From Octopus vulgaris (lineage: Eukaryota), in assembly GCA_951406725.2 (NCBI GenBank), contig OX597832.1:49848001-49912000 (forward strand): a DNA stretch of 64,000 bases. Reading direction: 5' to 3'. Of the stretch, positions 50,591 to 63,397 are shown in pieces. A program made the translations under genes and the position numbers. Position 1 is the stretch's first letter, and each line of letters starts with the position of its first letter. The notes under the pieces are model-generated. The model was not told the origin of the DNA. It ran no database searches and saw only the letters and a program-made list of their open reading frames with translations.

Positions 50591-51106
50591 AATAGATACC
50601 TACAATTAATACTCAGGTTAACTCACTGCCTAAACTCCAACTTGAAATGAAACAAAGAAAAGGATATTATAGAACTGCCTAATGATGATTGGCTGCAGGC
50701 AGTGTTTCAATTCAATAGGTACTTGTGTAACAGAATAAAAGTACAAACGGACAAACAGTTGGTATCAGAAACACAAAAGGTACAATACCACCTTCCTGTT
50801 TAACCCTTAATCATTTGGATCACTCTGTCAAATGTGGTGCTTATTTATTCACATTGTTTTGAATTAATTATGCATTATCTCACAGCTTTGAGATTTCAGT
50901 AATGTAATTCTTTTATTTTTTATCTTTTATCTTTTACTTGTTTCAGTCATTAGACTGCGGCCATACTAGGGCACTACCTTAAATTTTTAGTCAAATGAAT
51001 CCTCCCCAGTACTTCCATTTTTTTTTTTGAAAGCCTGATATTTATTCTATTGGTCTCTTTTACTGAACTGCTAATGTCCCAAGGCTTTAGTAGAAAACAC
51101 CTGCTC

Positions 51107-51524
51107 AAGGTACCATGCAGTAGGACTGAACCTGGAACCATGTGGTTGGGAAGCAAGCTTCTTACCACACAATCATGCCTAGTTTTAGAATGTAGGTTAA
51201 GTGTGAGAGGCTGGATCTGGCCAGTTTTAATATAAATCAGGTAGAAAGGTACCATGCAGTAGGACTGAACCTGGAACCATGTGGTTGGGAAGCAAGCTTC
51301 TTACCACTCAATCATGCCTAGTTTTAGAATGTAGGTTAAGTGTGAGAGGCTGGATCTGGCCAGTTTTAATATAAATCAGGTAGAAAGGTACCATGCAGTA
51401 GGACTGAACCTGGAACCATGTGGTTGGGAAGCAAGCTTCTTACCACTCAATCATGCCTAGTTTTAGAATGTAGGTTAAGTGTGAGAGGCTGGATCTGGCC
51501 AGTTTTAATATAAATCAGGTAGAA
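51107..51524. repeat. 139-bp tandem triplication
   Basis: GGTACCATGCAG at 51109, 51248 and 51387. Confidence 0.9.
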
Positions 51525-51646
51525 TATTTGGGTCAGATATGGCCAGTTTGAATGCTAAAAGATTAAATATAACCACATCATAATCTGACCCAATACCAGT
51601 TGCTCGCCTGTTCATACATTTATTCCATCATATCCATACATGTAAC

Positions 51647-52280
51647 ATCATCATCATCATCATCATCATCGTTTAATGTCCACTTTCCATGCTAGCATGG
51701 GTTGGACGGTTCAACTGGGGTCTGGCAAGCTCGAAGGCTGCACCAGGCCAGTCAGATCTGGCAGTGTTTCTACAGCTGGATGCCCTAATGACTGAAACAA
51801 GTAAAAGATAAAAGATAAATAAGCACCACATTTGACAGAGTGATCCAAATGATTAAGGGTTAAACAGGAAGGTGGTATTGTACCTTTTGTGTTTCTGATA
51901 CCAACTGTTTGTCCGTTTGTACTTTTATTCTGTTACACAATGCCCTTCCTAATGCCAACCACTCCGAGAGTGTAGTGGGTGATTTTATGTGCCACCGACA
52001 CAGGTGCCAGACGAGGCTGGCAGACGGCCACGCTCGGATGGTGTTTTTATGTGCCACCGACACAGGTGCCAGACGAAGCTGGCCGACGGCCACGCTCGGA
52101 TGGTGTTTTCTTATGTGCCACTGACACAGGTGCCAGACGAGGCTGGCAAACGGCCACGCTCAGATGTTGTTTGTTACGTGCCCACAGCATGGAGGCCAGT
52201 CGATGCGGTACTGGCTACGGTCACGTTCGGATGGTTTTCTTATGTGCCACCCACAAGGATACAAATTCCATTGATGTTCA
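51647..52280 (-). mobile_element. Retroposon family B interrupted by a templated insertion (51786-51940)
   Basis: Family B homology on both sides of a TGCCC duplication. Confidence 0.85.
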
Positions 52281-52832
52281 TCTAACCTGTACAGTAAATA
52301 TATAAACAGGGCAAATTTAGCTATTTTTCCATAAACTGAAAAAAATATGATAAATGACTTTAATTAGTTTTCGAACCTTATTTAGTTCCCATCAAAGGTG
52401 TTTACATCATTCTGACCAGTTCCAGAGAAATTAGCTGCCGATCTGTTTATACACTTGACAAATCCAGCAGTTATAGAGAATTACAGTGACTAATTTGTAT
52501 ATCACAAGTGTTATATCAGCAGCCTGTCTGTGTGTCTATGTGTGTGTTTGTGTGTTTATGTGTGGGTTTGTGCTTAGGTGTACATGTGTATGTCTATGTG
52601 TGTATGTATGTATATATGTGTGTGTGTATGTATGCTTTTATTCTTTTTACTTGTTTCAGTAATTTGACTGCGGCCATGCTGGAGCACCTCAAAGGGTTTT
52701 AGTCAAAGAAAGCAACCCCAGGACTTATTCTTTGTAAGCCTAGTACTTAATTCTATCAATCTCTGTTGCTGACCCACTAAGTTACAGGGACATAAGCATA
52801 CATAAATACACACACACACACACACACATATA

Positions 52833-53677
52833 CAGGGGGCATAAGGTATTTGAGAACATAGCCTTATTGGGCCGTAGCAGCATTTTTTGCTAACTCTATA
52901 TAATCTTTGTTTCAGAAAATAATAATAGCAGACCCTCAGCTTAATCAAGAAATGAAGAGGCATGCTGTTATTGTGGTTATAAAGGCTGAGCATAACAATT
53001 TAGAAATATCTCGATTTCTAAAAGTTGCCAGATTTTTGTCTACAAAGTTTGTAAGGAGTTAGAGACTGAAGATGGAAACGTATCACCAGTATCAAAGCAT
53101 AACATGCATTCTAAACACTCTGAAATCATCAGAACACCTGAATTTATCCGGCAAGTTCAACAGACCATTGATTACAATCCCAGAAAGTCCATGAGGTCAA
53201 TTGCAAAAGATCTCCATGTGTCAGAAGGAACAGTCAGAAATGTTGTCCATGAAGGCATCAGATATGTCGTATATGATGAGGAAAGGTCAGTTTGTCAGAA
53301 AAAGCAAAAGATAATAACTACATCAGATCTAAAAAGTTCTTAAACAAACTGAAGAATCCAGCAGATTTGATTTGGTTTTTCTCAAATGAGAAAAACTTTG
53401 ACCAAGATCAAAACGTTAACAGAAGAAATGACAGATGATTATGTGCAGACTCTTCTGAAGGTCCAAGTGTTATGTATACAAAATTTCCTGCAACTGTCAT
53501 GGTTTTAGGGGTTGTCGGCAATGGAGGACTGTGATGCCTTCTTACTTCTTTCCACAAGGTCTTAGAGTTAACTCTGCTGCCTACATTGAGGTCCTGGAAA
53601 TAACTATTAAACCCTGGATAGACAGTGTATGCAATGGAAGCTCGTATGTCTTTCAGTAAGACTCTGCATTATCACAC
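52833..53677 (+). pseudogene. Tc1/mariner (maT/DD37D-like) transposase pseudogene, 3'-truncated
   Basis: TA|CAGGGG start; ATG at 52952 MKRHAVIV...; HTH NPRKSMRSIAKDLHVSEGTVRNVVHE; WFFSNEKNFDQDQNVNRRNDR; VMVLGVV; YVFQ*DSA; frameshifts and stops. Confidence 0.88.
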
Positions 53678-54111
53678 ATGGTTCTAGTGTGTTGTGTTCT
53701 TGAGCAAGATACTTTATTTCACGTTGCTCCAGTTCACTCAGCTGTAGAAATGAGTTGCGATGTCACAGGTGCCAAGCTGTATTGGCCTTTGTCTTTACCT
53801 TGGATAACATCAGTGGCATGGAGAGGCGAGGATGGTATGCATAGGCGACTGATGGTCTTCCATAAACAACCTTGCCCAAACTTGTGCCTGGGAGGGTAAC
53901 TTTCTAGGTGCAATCCCATGGTCTGTGTCGTGACCAAAGGGGGTCTCAGAATTATCCAAGCATAGCCAGATTCATATGTCCTGACAATTGCTTCCTCTTT
54001 CAGTAAACTCTTTTCACTGGCTAGTTGTGACACCAGCGCCTGTTCTGGCATTGTTTTTCTACATATTGCTGGGGAGGAGATGAGTCACTGCTGTCTCTAG
54101 CTGTCAAGCAT

Positions 54112-54158
54112 CCATTACTGATGAGACCAAGGAAGGTTGAAATCATGTGATCTCATGA
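54112..54158 (+). ncRNA. Type I hammerhead relic (core intact, stem I weakened) in pLTR-like fragment ~53950-54350
   Basis: CCATTA-CTGATGA-GACC aaggaa GGTT-GAAA-TCATGTGA-TC-TCATGA; homolog of 7345-7391. Confidence 0.65.
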
Positions 54159-54923
54159 TCTTGGTACTGGAGAAGGTGGCACTTTATCTCCCTGCTAGCA
54201 ATATAAACAAGCATGCATTTTGCACCAAAAGTCAATATGAGAATTTCTCAAATGGTATCTACCACAGTATAGTTTGTTCTAACAGAACATCCACTTTTAA
54301 GTGGAGATAAATATTACCTCTTTGTATTAATACTGCCTCCGTCACTAATATATATACTCAAATTATAGTGACTAAGGTCATGTGACTTAACGAAAATTTA
54401 ACTGAATCAATCACAGGTTTGTATAGATTTTAATGAAAGACAAAAAAAAAATACGATGGAAGCCATACACACACAGACAGGCTGCTGATATAACACTTGT
54501 GATATACAAATTAGTCACTGTAATTCTCTATAACTGCTGGATTTGTCAAGTGTATAAACAGATCAGTAGCTAATTTCTCTGGAATTGGTCAGAATGATGT
54601 AGACACCTTTGATGAGAACTAAATAAGGTTCGAAAACTAATTAAAGTCATTTATCATATGATACAATGAATTCTACCATATTGCTTCATGAATTTTGTCA
54701 ACAAGAAAGATGAATTTTATTTGAAATTTTTATTTCGGAATTAGAAATAAGATAACAAAATATCAGAATTTGAACTTTGAAAGTCTTTAATTCATTGAAA
54801 TGGTAAGAATATGTTGAATTCATTTGGCTATCAGGGGTTCATAAACATGAAGTACAGATGATTGTTATCTTAGCACATCATGGAATGGAAGCTTCCACAA
54901 TCATTTTGATATCAAATCAAATA

Positions 54924-55320
54924 CAGGGTTACCCCCACAAAAAACAGAACCCACAAATCTTTGAATAAAATGACAGAGAGGAATAGATCGAGATGAACAG
55001 TGGTTCCAGCAAGACGCCTCCCACCCCTTAGCATCAAACGACTCCCTAACCTGGCTGAGAGAGTGATTTCAGGAGAGACAGATCAGCAGGAAGTGTGATG
55101 TTTGAGTGGGCACTGCATTCACTGGACTTGAATCCCCACCATCCAAATTTTTATTTGTGGGGATATCTCAAGGATAATGTTTGACCAGAACAACCCTCAA
55201 ACAATTGGTGAATTGAAAGCAGCAATCACAGCAGAAATCAGGGAAATCCTCAAAGTGGAATGTATTCGAGTAATTGACAATTTTTGCACAGTGTGTGCAA
55301 GTGTTTGCGCAACGTATGCC
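54924..55320 (+). pseudogene. Internally deleted Tc1/mariner (rosa/DD41D-like) transposase C-terminal relic
   Basis: TA|CAGGGT start; QWFQQDA...WALHSLDLNP...FYLWGYLKDNV..NNPQTIGELKAAITAEIREI. Confidence 0.8.
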
Positions 55321-57424
55321 ATTCGTTCAACTAAATTAACCAACAACGAAATCATTTCCCTGGCAACGTCGGGTACCTTCTATGAAACTGCACACATTTA
55401 CACAGACGCACTTTATTTCTCTCTCCATCTCTCTCTCTCTCACATACATACATACACTCATACACACCAACACATAGATGCGTGTACGTATTCATGTATG
55501 TATATAGTTATACATATATGTATGCATTTGTATACGATGCCAGAAAGAGGCAGCTAGCGAAAGATACGGAACAGCAGAAGTAGACTTCTGAAATTATAAG
55601 CATTGGCGGCTGTAAACATGAAAGGAAAAAAGAACGAAGTCGACCGGATTTTCGTAAGGAAGATGTATATATAATATATATATGTTACTAAAGATCCAAG
55701 CAGCGGTTTGAAATCTTTTACCACCGCGACTCCTTTTGGCAAATCAATAACAGTCCTTTCCCGTGCTCCCTCCTCCTGTTTTTAAAAAATAATATTCCAA
55801 TAGAGCGATACTTTTCTTGCAGAAATATTACTTCAGTTTTGGTTCGCTGTAAATGCTATTTTTTTTCGCCTATGGCTTATTGTATATATTATGATAACGA
55901 ACAAAAATATATAGCCGTTACCCGCAAGTGAATACGACTTGATAAACATGTACCCTGCTTTCGTTAACTGTTTTAGGTGCTTATATAGTCGCGAGCAGAC
56001 ACAGGCACCTCTTCTCGGCCCTCCCATCCATGACCCAGCGGAGCATTCAGGATGTTTCCACCAGAGGAGGGAGATGTGTTTATGACTGCATAATATAGTC
56101 TTTGTGCATTTGTGTATTTCTATGTATATGGGCACATACGTAGTTGTGTATGTATGCATATAACCGTCTATAACATTGATACGTTACAAAGACATACAAT
56201 AGCATATATATATACATATATATATAGATATATATATATATATAGTAAATACACGTAAACGAGTACCAGCACTGGGTCGGTACTCTTCTTTTAACTGAAG
56301 GGGCTGGAAGAAAGTTATATGGAGTGTTACCTAGGTCTTTATGATCTTGAGCCTAACACTTTAACCACTAGGCCACGCGCATGTCACGTCTATCACGAAA
56401 AAGAAATTTGTTTTGGTGGTCCTTTGAGACATACAATGACCCGATCTGGGTCGTGACCCATAAGTTGCAGACCGTTGTGCACTAGATGTACCTAATATAA
56501 TAAGAGACGGAGAGAAAGAGGAAAGAAAAGATGTCAGACATAAGCTAATATCGATGGAGAGACATAGACAGAAAAAAGGGAGATATAGAGAAGGAAAGAG
56601 AAAGAAAGAAAGCGAAAGGGAGAGAGAGAAGAAAAGAGAGAACGAAGGAAAGAGAAAGGGAAAAAGAGACAAAGAGAAAGCGAGAAAAGAGAATCAAAAT
56701 GACAGAGAGAGAGAGAGGGTGTCGGAAAAAAAAAAGACCGTAATAATTACTACTTATTTTCTACAAACTACATTTGATTACATTTAAACAGTTTTATTTT
56801 TAATATATTTGTTGTTTTGACGCGATAGCCATGCATTAAAGAAAAAAATTAAAATATGTATATATTGGTAATTAAGCGAAAGAAATATTGGATGCTTGTC
56901 AACGGGAGCACATAATGAAACCAGAGTGCTCGTTGAAAAAAGAAATTGTATAAAATAAAGGCAAAAGGCTGCAATATAAACAAAGGTTTATTTTTGATTT
57001 ATTATACTCCTCCCCTTCTCTATTTGTTTGGCTCGCTCCGTTTTTTTTTTCGAGAAATTTAACACATGCAGGTGAGCCCGCTGTACGTACATACCACAAG
57101 TTGTATATACGAGTACGTACACACCTACGTCTGTTTGTATATGCTTATATAGATGTGTATGTGTGTACGTGTGTGTGTGTGTGTGTAACACAGAGAAAGA
57201 GAGAGAGAGAGCTGTAAGGTAAACTTACGGGAGGGAGGCTTTTATATGTGTGTATGTATGCGTTTATGGAAGGCATAATTGTTAATTTCATCATTTTAAT
57301 GTTTAACACTAAAACGTACACGCACCACACACTACGTATATATATTTATATATGCATGTATATATACATGTAGATGTCGGTAGGTACATATATGTTTGTA
57401 TGTATGCATATATTTTATTTATTA

Positions 57425-57467
<43 letters not shown>

Positions 57468-58703
57468 TGATATGTGTTTGTGCGCGCACTTGCCTATGTA
57501 TGTGATCATGCGTGTGTATGTACGTGCGTATGTATGCGTGTGCATGTGTGCGTATGTGTGTCTGTACGCATGTATGTGTGTCCGTATGTTTGTGCGTGTG
57601 TGTAACATGTATGTACGCATTCACGGTTGAAATGGCCATTTCAAGCATTAAACAGAATTATCTAAAACAATCTTTCTTTCCAACAACACCGCCATCTTTC
57701 TCCTTCTTTTCTTCTCTCCTCCCTTCGCGTGAGGCAGGCTTCTTTTATAAAAATCAAAGCCAAACAGTATTCATAACTAACTCTAAATGACCCAAAGTGA
57801 AATAATATTCCGGCAAAATGAGGACACACCACTGTGGTCACTTCGTCTTTGGTTTATTTATTCTACAACCCACACTTGAATTTTTTCTATTTTGTCTCTT
57901 ATCTATTTTTTTAACCCTTATTATCCAAGTCTTTCTTCCTCTATCTATTTATCTGTCTCTCCTTTTATGTCTTGCCTTCTATCTTACCTTAACATATTTA
58001 TCTGTCTATATATATATATATCATCTGGCTATTTATCTAGCCATCTCTACCTATTCATTTTCTCTCTTTTAGCATATAGCTAACATACGTGTGTGTGTTA
58101 GCTATATGCATCATAAACACACACACACACATATATATATATAGACATATACATTGATGCACACTCATTTCGAGTGTGTATACGTATCTCAATATATATA
58201 TGTGTGTGTACCGCGCACCCATCATGCATCTACCTTCGGGTTTCAGTTAAATTTTCTCCTTAAAAGTATACTGAAAATAAACCAAAAATCAAAAAAAAAA
58301 AAGCATCCACTACCACATGAAAAGCAATCTTAACTATCACAGAGCAGAGAAAGGTTGTTTTTTTCTTTCTTTTTCGTTTAGTTGGCTTTTAGCCATGTTA
58401 ATTTACTTGACAACAGGAAGCTTACACAGTAAATTACACACACACACACTCATATACATACCGTTAGATCATACATATATTCACACTTTAACGCACTCTA
58501 ATTCACATTCAGAAACTTTACACACACCCAATTCTTTTTTGTATTTTTTATCCCGTTTTTTTTTTAAATACCATTTACATATACATATATATACAAACAC
58601 GTGCTTGTATATATACATTCTTGACTCCAACTGTCCCGTTGATAAAAACCAAACCAAAAACAAAAAAGAAAACAACTTTCTAGTTTATCCTTCTATTATT
58701 ACA

Positions 58704-59096
58704 CTAGCAGTATCGCCCGGCGTTGCTCGGGTTTGTAAGGGAAATAACTATATAAGCATTTTTAGAGTGTTATAGCCAAAAAAAATGCATTGAAAATGGG
58801 AAAAAAATTATGGTAAATTTTTTTAAAAATCGTTGACTCATCGTAGACATTTTTAGAGAGTTACTTCCCTTATATAATAGCGAAAAAATGCATTAAAATG
58901 GAAAAAAATGATGGTAAATTATTTTTAAAATCGTAGACTCATCGTAGACGTGCGCTAATACTCAGAAGGGCTCGATATGAATCACGACTATAAGATACCC
59001 GGTTTTGGTTAAACTTGCACCGCAAAATGTGGGAGTAGTTAGGAATCTAAATCGTAGGAGACAGACAGCACACAACCTCTCTTTTATATATAAAGA
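58704..59096 (-). mobile_element. Non-autonomous Helitron
   Basis: Minus strand 5' TCTTTATATATAAAA; 3' hairpin CCCGAGCAACGCCGGG then CTAG; inserted between A and T. Confidence 0.8.
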
Positions 59097-59289
59097 TATA
59101 CACACAACGAACTCGACTTTCTTCCTTCCACGTATTTAAATATGCACTGGCTGTCGAGAACATTCTCATTTTCACTGACTTTTTACTCCGCAGAATCAAT
59201 CAGTCACTTTTTCTTCTTTCTTCCCAGTTTACACCTGCTCACTCCCATACCATTAACGTTCTCAAAAAATTATATATCTACATATATAT

Positions 59290-59900
59290 AGGCGCAGGAG
59301 TGGCTGTGTGGTAAGTAGCTTGTTTACCAACCACATGGTTCCGGGTTCAGTCCCACTGCGTGGCACCTTGGGCAAAGTGTCATCTACTATCGCCTCGGGC
59401 CGACTAATGCCTTGTGAGTGGATTTGGTAGACGGAAACTGAAAGAAGCCTGTCGTATATATGTATATATATATATAGGCACAGGAGTGGCTGTGTGGTAA
59501 GTAGCTTGTTTACCAACCACATGGTTCCGGGTTCAGTCCCACTGCGTGGCACCTTGGGCAAAGTGTCTTCTGCTATAGCCTCGGGCCGACCAAAACCTTG
59601 TGAGTGGATTTGGTAGACGGAAACTGAAAGAAGCCCGTCGTATATATGTATGTATATATACATATATATGCGTGTGTGTGTTTGTGTGTCTGTGTTTGTC
59701 CCCCTGGCATTGCTTGACAACCGATGCTGGTGTGTTTACGTCCCCGTCACTTAGCGGTTCGGCAAAAAGAGACCGATAGAATAAGTACTGGGCTTACAAA
59801 AGAATAAGTCCCGGGGTCGAGCTGCTCGATTAAAGGCGGTGCTCCAGCATGGTCGCAGTCAAATGACTGAAACAAGTAAAAGAGTAAAGAGTAAAGAGTA
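59290..59900 (+). mobile_element. SINE family A with duplicated head
   Basis: Head occurs at 59290 and again at ~59476. Confidence 0.9.
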
Positions 59901-60004
59901 TATAATATCAGAAAACTCTATACACTTGTAAGCTTTCAGAATCTGGTCCAAAGAAACCTCACAAAACCTTCTCTACCCAGTCTCTTCTTCTTCTTCTTCT
60001 TCTC

Positions 60005-61205
60005 ATATATACATCTCCTGTTTTACTTTCACTCCCATTTAGACATATTGCCTCTCTAATTTTTATTTATCGCCTTCTACTACTTCTCTCATACACATTC
60101 CTTCTACTTTTCTCTCCCATTCAGATATAATCCCTTTCTAATTTCCCCTCCCATTCAAATACATACCCTCTTTAATTTTTCACTCCCCTTCCTCTACTTA
60201 AGCTCTCATACACATTTTCTTTTACTTTCCCTCCCGTTCTTTTACTTTATCTCCCATACACATCTCTTTTACTTTCCCTCCCATTCAGATACATTCCCTC
60301 TCTAATTTTTTACTCCCCTTCTTCTACTACTTCTCTCATACACATTCCTTCTACTTTTCACTCCCATTCAGATATACTCCCTTTCTAATTTTCCCTCCCG
60401 TTCTTTTACTTTATATCCCATACACATCTCTTTTACTTTCCCTCCCATTCAGATGCATTCCCTCTCTAATTTTTCACTCCCCTTCCTCTACTTAATCTCT
60501 CATACACATTTCTTCTACTTTTCACTCCCATTCAGATATACTCCCTTTCTAATTTTCCCTCCCGTTCTTTTACTTTATCTCCCATACACGTCTCTTTTAC
60601 TACCCCTCCCATTCAGAAACATACCCTCTCTAATTTTTCACTCCCCTTCCTCTACTTAATCTCTCATACACATTTTCTTTTACTTTCCCTCCCGTTCTTT
60701 TACTTTATCTCTCATACACGTCTCTTTTACTTTCCCTCCCATTCAGATGCATTCCCTCTCTAATTTTTCACTCCCCTTCTTCTACTTAATCTCTCATACA
60801 CATTTTCTTTTACTTTCCCTCCCAATACCTCTCTAATTTTCCCTCCGTTTCTTTTACTTTCCCTCCGATTCAGATACATTCCCTCTCTAATTTTTCACTC
60901 CCCTTCCTCCTCTTAATCTCTCATACACATTTTCTTTTACTTTCCCTCCCAATACCTCTCTAATTTTCCCTCCGTTTCTTTTACTTTCCCTCCCATTCAG
61001 ATACATTCCCTCTCTACTTTTTCACTCCCCTTCCTCCTCTTAATCTCTCATACACATTTTCTCTTTTACTTTCCCTCCCAATACCTCTCTAATTCAGATG
61101 CATTCCCTCTCTAATTTTTCACTCCCCTTCCTCCCCTTAATCTCTCATACACATTTTCTCTTTTACTTTCCCTCCCATTACCTCTCTAATTTTCACTCCC
61201 GTTCT
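60005..61205. repeat. Pyrimidine-rich hierarchical minisatellite
   Basis: Shuffled blocks TTTTACTTTCCCTCCC / ATTCAGATACATTCCCTCTCTAATTTTT / CACTCCCCTTCCTCTACTTAATCTCTCATACAC. Confidence 0.85.
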
Positions 61206-62331
61206 CCTACTTACTTTCTCAGACTCATTTCATCTTTGACACATTCCATTTCTTATTTTCAGCCCTTCTCTCTTAGACATATTACCTGCTTTATTTTCCC
61301 TCCTTCTCTATTTACTCTCTCAAACGCATTCCCTTTCTATTTTCACTCCCCTTCTACTCATTTCCTCATGCTTCTTTCTTTCCTTTCCACTCCTCCATTA
61401 GACACACCCTCTCTCATTTTTCACTCTCTCTTTCTAATTTTCACTACGCCTTTACTTTCTTATACACATTCCCTCTCACTTCTCCTTTCAAACACATTCT
61501 CGCTTATTTCTACTCCACTTCTTACTCTTTCAGATACATCCTCCCTTTTATTTGCATTTCTCCCCCCACGTACTCTCTGACACCTCGCTATTGTATATTT
61601 ACTCTTTCTCTTTTACCCCCTCTCTCTGAAACATATCCCATCTTATCCTCACTTTCATAAACTCTCTCTCTCTATCTCTCTCCCATTTCTCTCTTTATAT
61701 ATTCACTCCAACCTCGTACTCCAACTCTCTCTGAAACTCATATATACATTTACTCATCCTAATGCTTTGACATGCATTCTCATTCTCTCTCATTTTCATT
61801 CACGCGAACTCTAATTCGTGTATTCTGTACATTAACGAGTGCAGTGCACCAGCGTGGCCTTAACCGTGATAGCCCAAAACAAACATAATTAGCACAAACT
61901 CTATAACGATATAGTCACTACACACACACATACATCCAGATAGCCTAGCATATTCTCTAATAACCAGGACCATTTCTGATCTTTTGTCTAGTATGCATAT
62001 GAAAAACACTCAGTAAAGAAACACAGACATATCTATCTAATCTACCCCATTCTGTGTTTGTTCTAGAAGTGACATTGTCCTCGTTTGTCGTCTATCTTTA
62101 GACATTAGTCTGTCTTTCTTTCTCTCTTCATGTCCAATAAAACACCTTTACTCGTTCTTTTCCTCTCTGTCTGTCTCACAGACTTAAACTCCCCTTCCTT
62201 TTTTGCCCTTATCTCTACGTAACACAACTATCTTTTCTCATGCTTCTTCTCCTCAGAAAAGGTTTAAATTATTCGTTACGTTTTGTCCATTTCTATACTT
62301 CTCTTAGAAATATATCTCTTTCGTGTAACAG

Positions 62332-62731
62332 AGGCGCAGGAGTGGCTGTGTGGTAAGTAGCTTGCTTACCAACCACACGGTTCCGGGTTCAGTCCCACTG
62401 CGTGGCATCTTGGGCAAGTGTCTTCTGCTATAGCCTCGGGCCGACCAAAGCCTTGTGAGTGGGTTTGGTAGACGGAAACTGAAAGAAGCCTGTCGTATAT
62501 ATGTATATATAAATATGTATGTGTATGTTTGTGTGTCTGTGTTTGTCCCCCTAGCATTGCTTGACAACCGATGCTGGTGTGTTTACGTCCCCGTCACTTA
62601 GCGGTTCGGCAAAAGAGACCGATAGAATAAGTACTGAGCTTACAAAGAATTAAGTCCCGGGGTCGATTTGCTCGACTAAAGGCGGTGCTCCAGCATGGCC
62701 GCAGTCAAATGACTGAAACAAGTAAAAGAGT
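62332..62731 (+). mobile_element. SINE family A, young full-length copy
   Basis: CpG-intact, close to the apparent consensus. Confidence 0.9.
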
Positions 62732-63013
62732 ATATAGTTAAATAGCACTTCTCACTTTCTTTTCGTATATATTCTTCAAATGTAAAATGTGAGTGGAATG
62801 CACAAAGTTTACATTTCTTGGATTACGAAAGCAAATTGTTATTTTCTTATTAAAACAATAAAATGCCTGTCTTCTACTTAAAGCAGAGGCCAACAGCAGA
62901 AGCCTACCACACACATCACAAGCAAACCAACTGGCTGTCTCAATCCTGTAGTTTTATGAAATTATCTCCCTTAGATTTGCAGCCTTGGCATTTGACTTTT
63001 TTTTAACGTTTAA

Positions 63014-63397
63014 CTAGCAGTATTGCTCGGGTTTGTTTCGACCCTTTAGAATTGGAATTTTTGAAAAGTAAAATTTTTGCATTATGTAGCTTGTTATTCT
63101 CTTCAAGTGAACATTTTTCTGGTTGAAATATACCGAAAAATGGCGACACAGCAGTAAAAAAAATCGTAAAAATTAGGTATTTTCATAGTAAAAAAGTACC
63201 TTTTTGATGTAAATAATTTTTGGTGTTAACATGTTCCGATTTGAATTTTTCCTACTACGGAAGGAAGAGCAAGCTTTCTTCTATCATACTCTCAATTTTG
63301 GTCAACATGCGTCGCAGTGTCTCGGAGGAGATAGTGTTAGTTGAAGGCTACCAAACCTGCCAACACAGACAACTTCAGCTTTATGTATATATAGAGA
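63014..63397 (-). mobile_element. Non-autonomous Helitron (related ends, different interior)
   Basis: 5' TCTCTATATATACATAAA; 3' CCCGAGCAATACTGCTAG; A|T insertion site. Confidence 0.75.

Noticed and set aside
51960-52260. Regularly spaced repeats resembling a CRISPR array (also 7113-7232, 8005-8210, 44740-44930)
   Set aside because: The spacers are homologous to each other; this is the internal minisatellite of family B in a eukaryotic context, with no cas genes.
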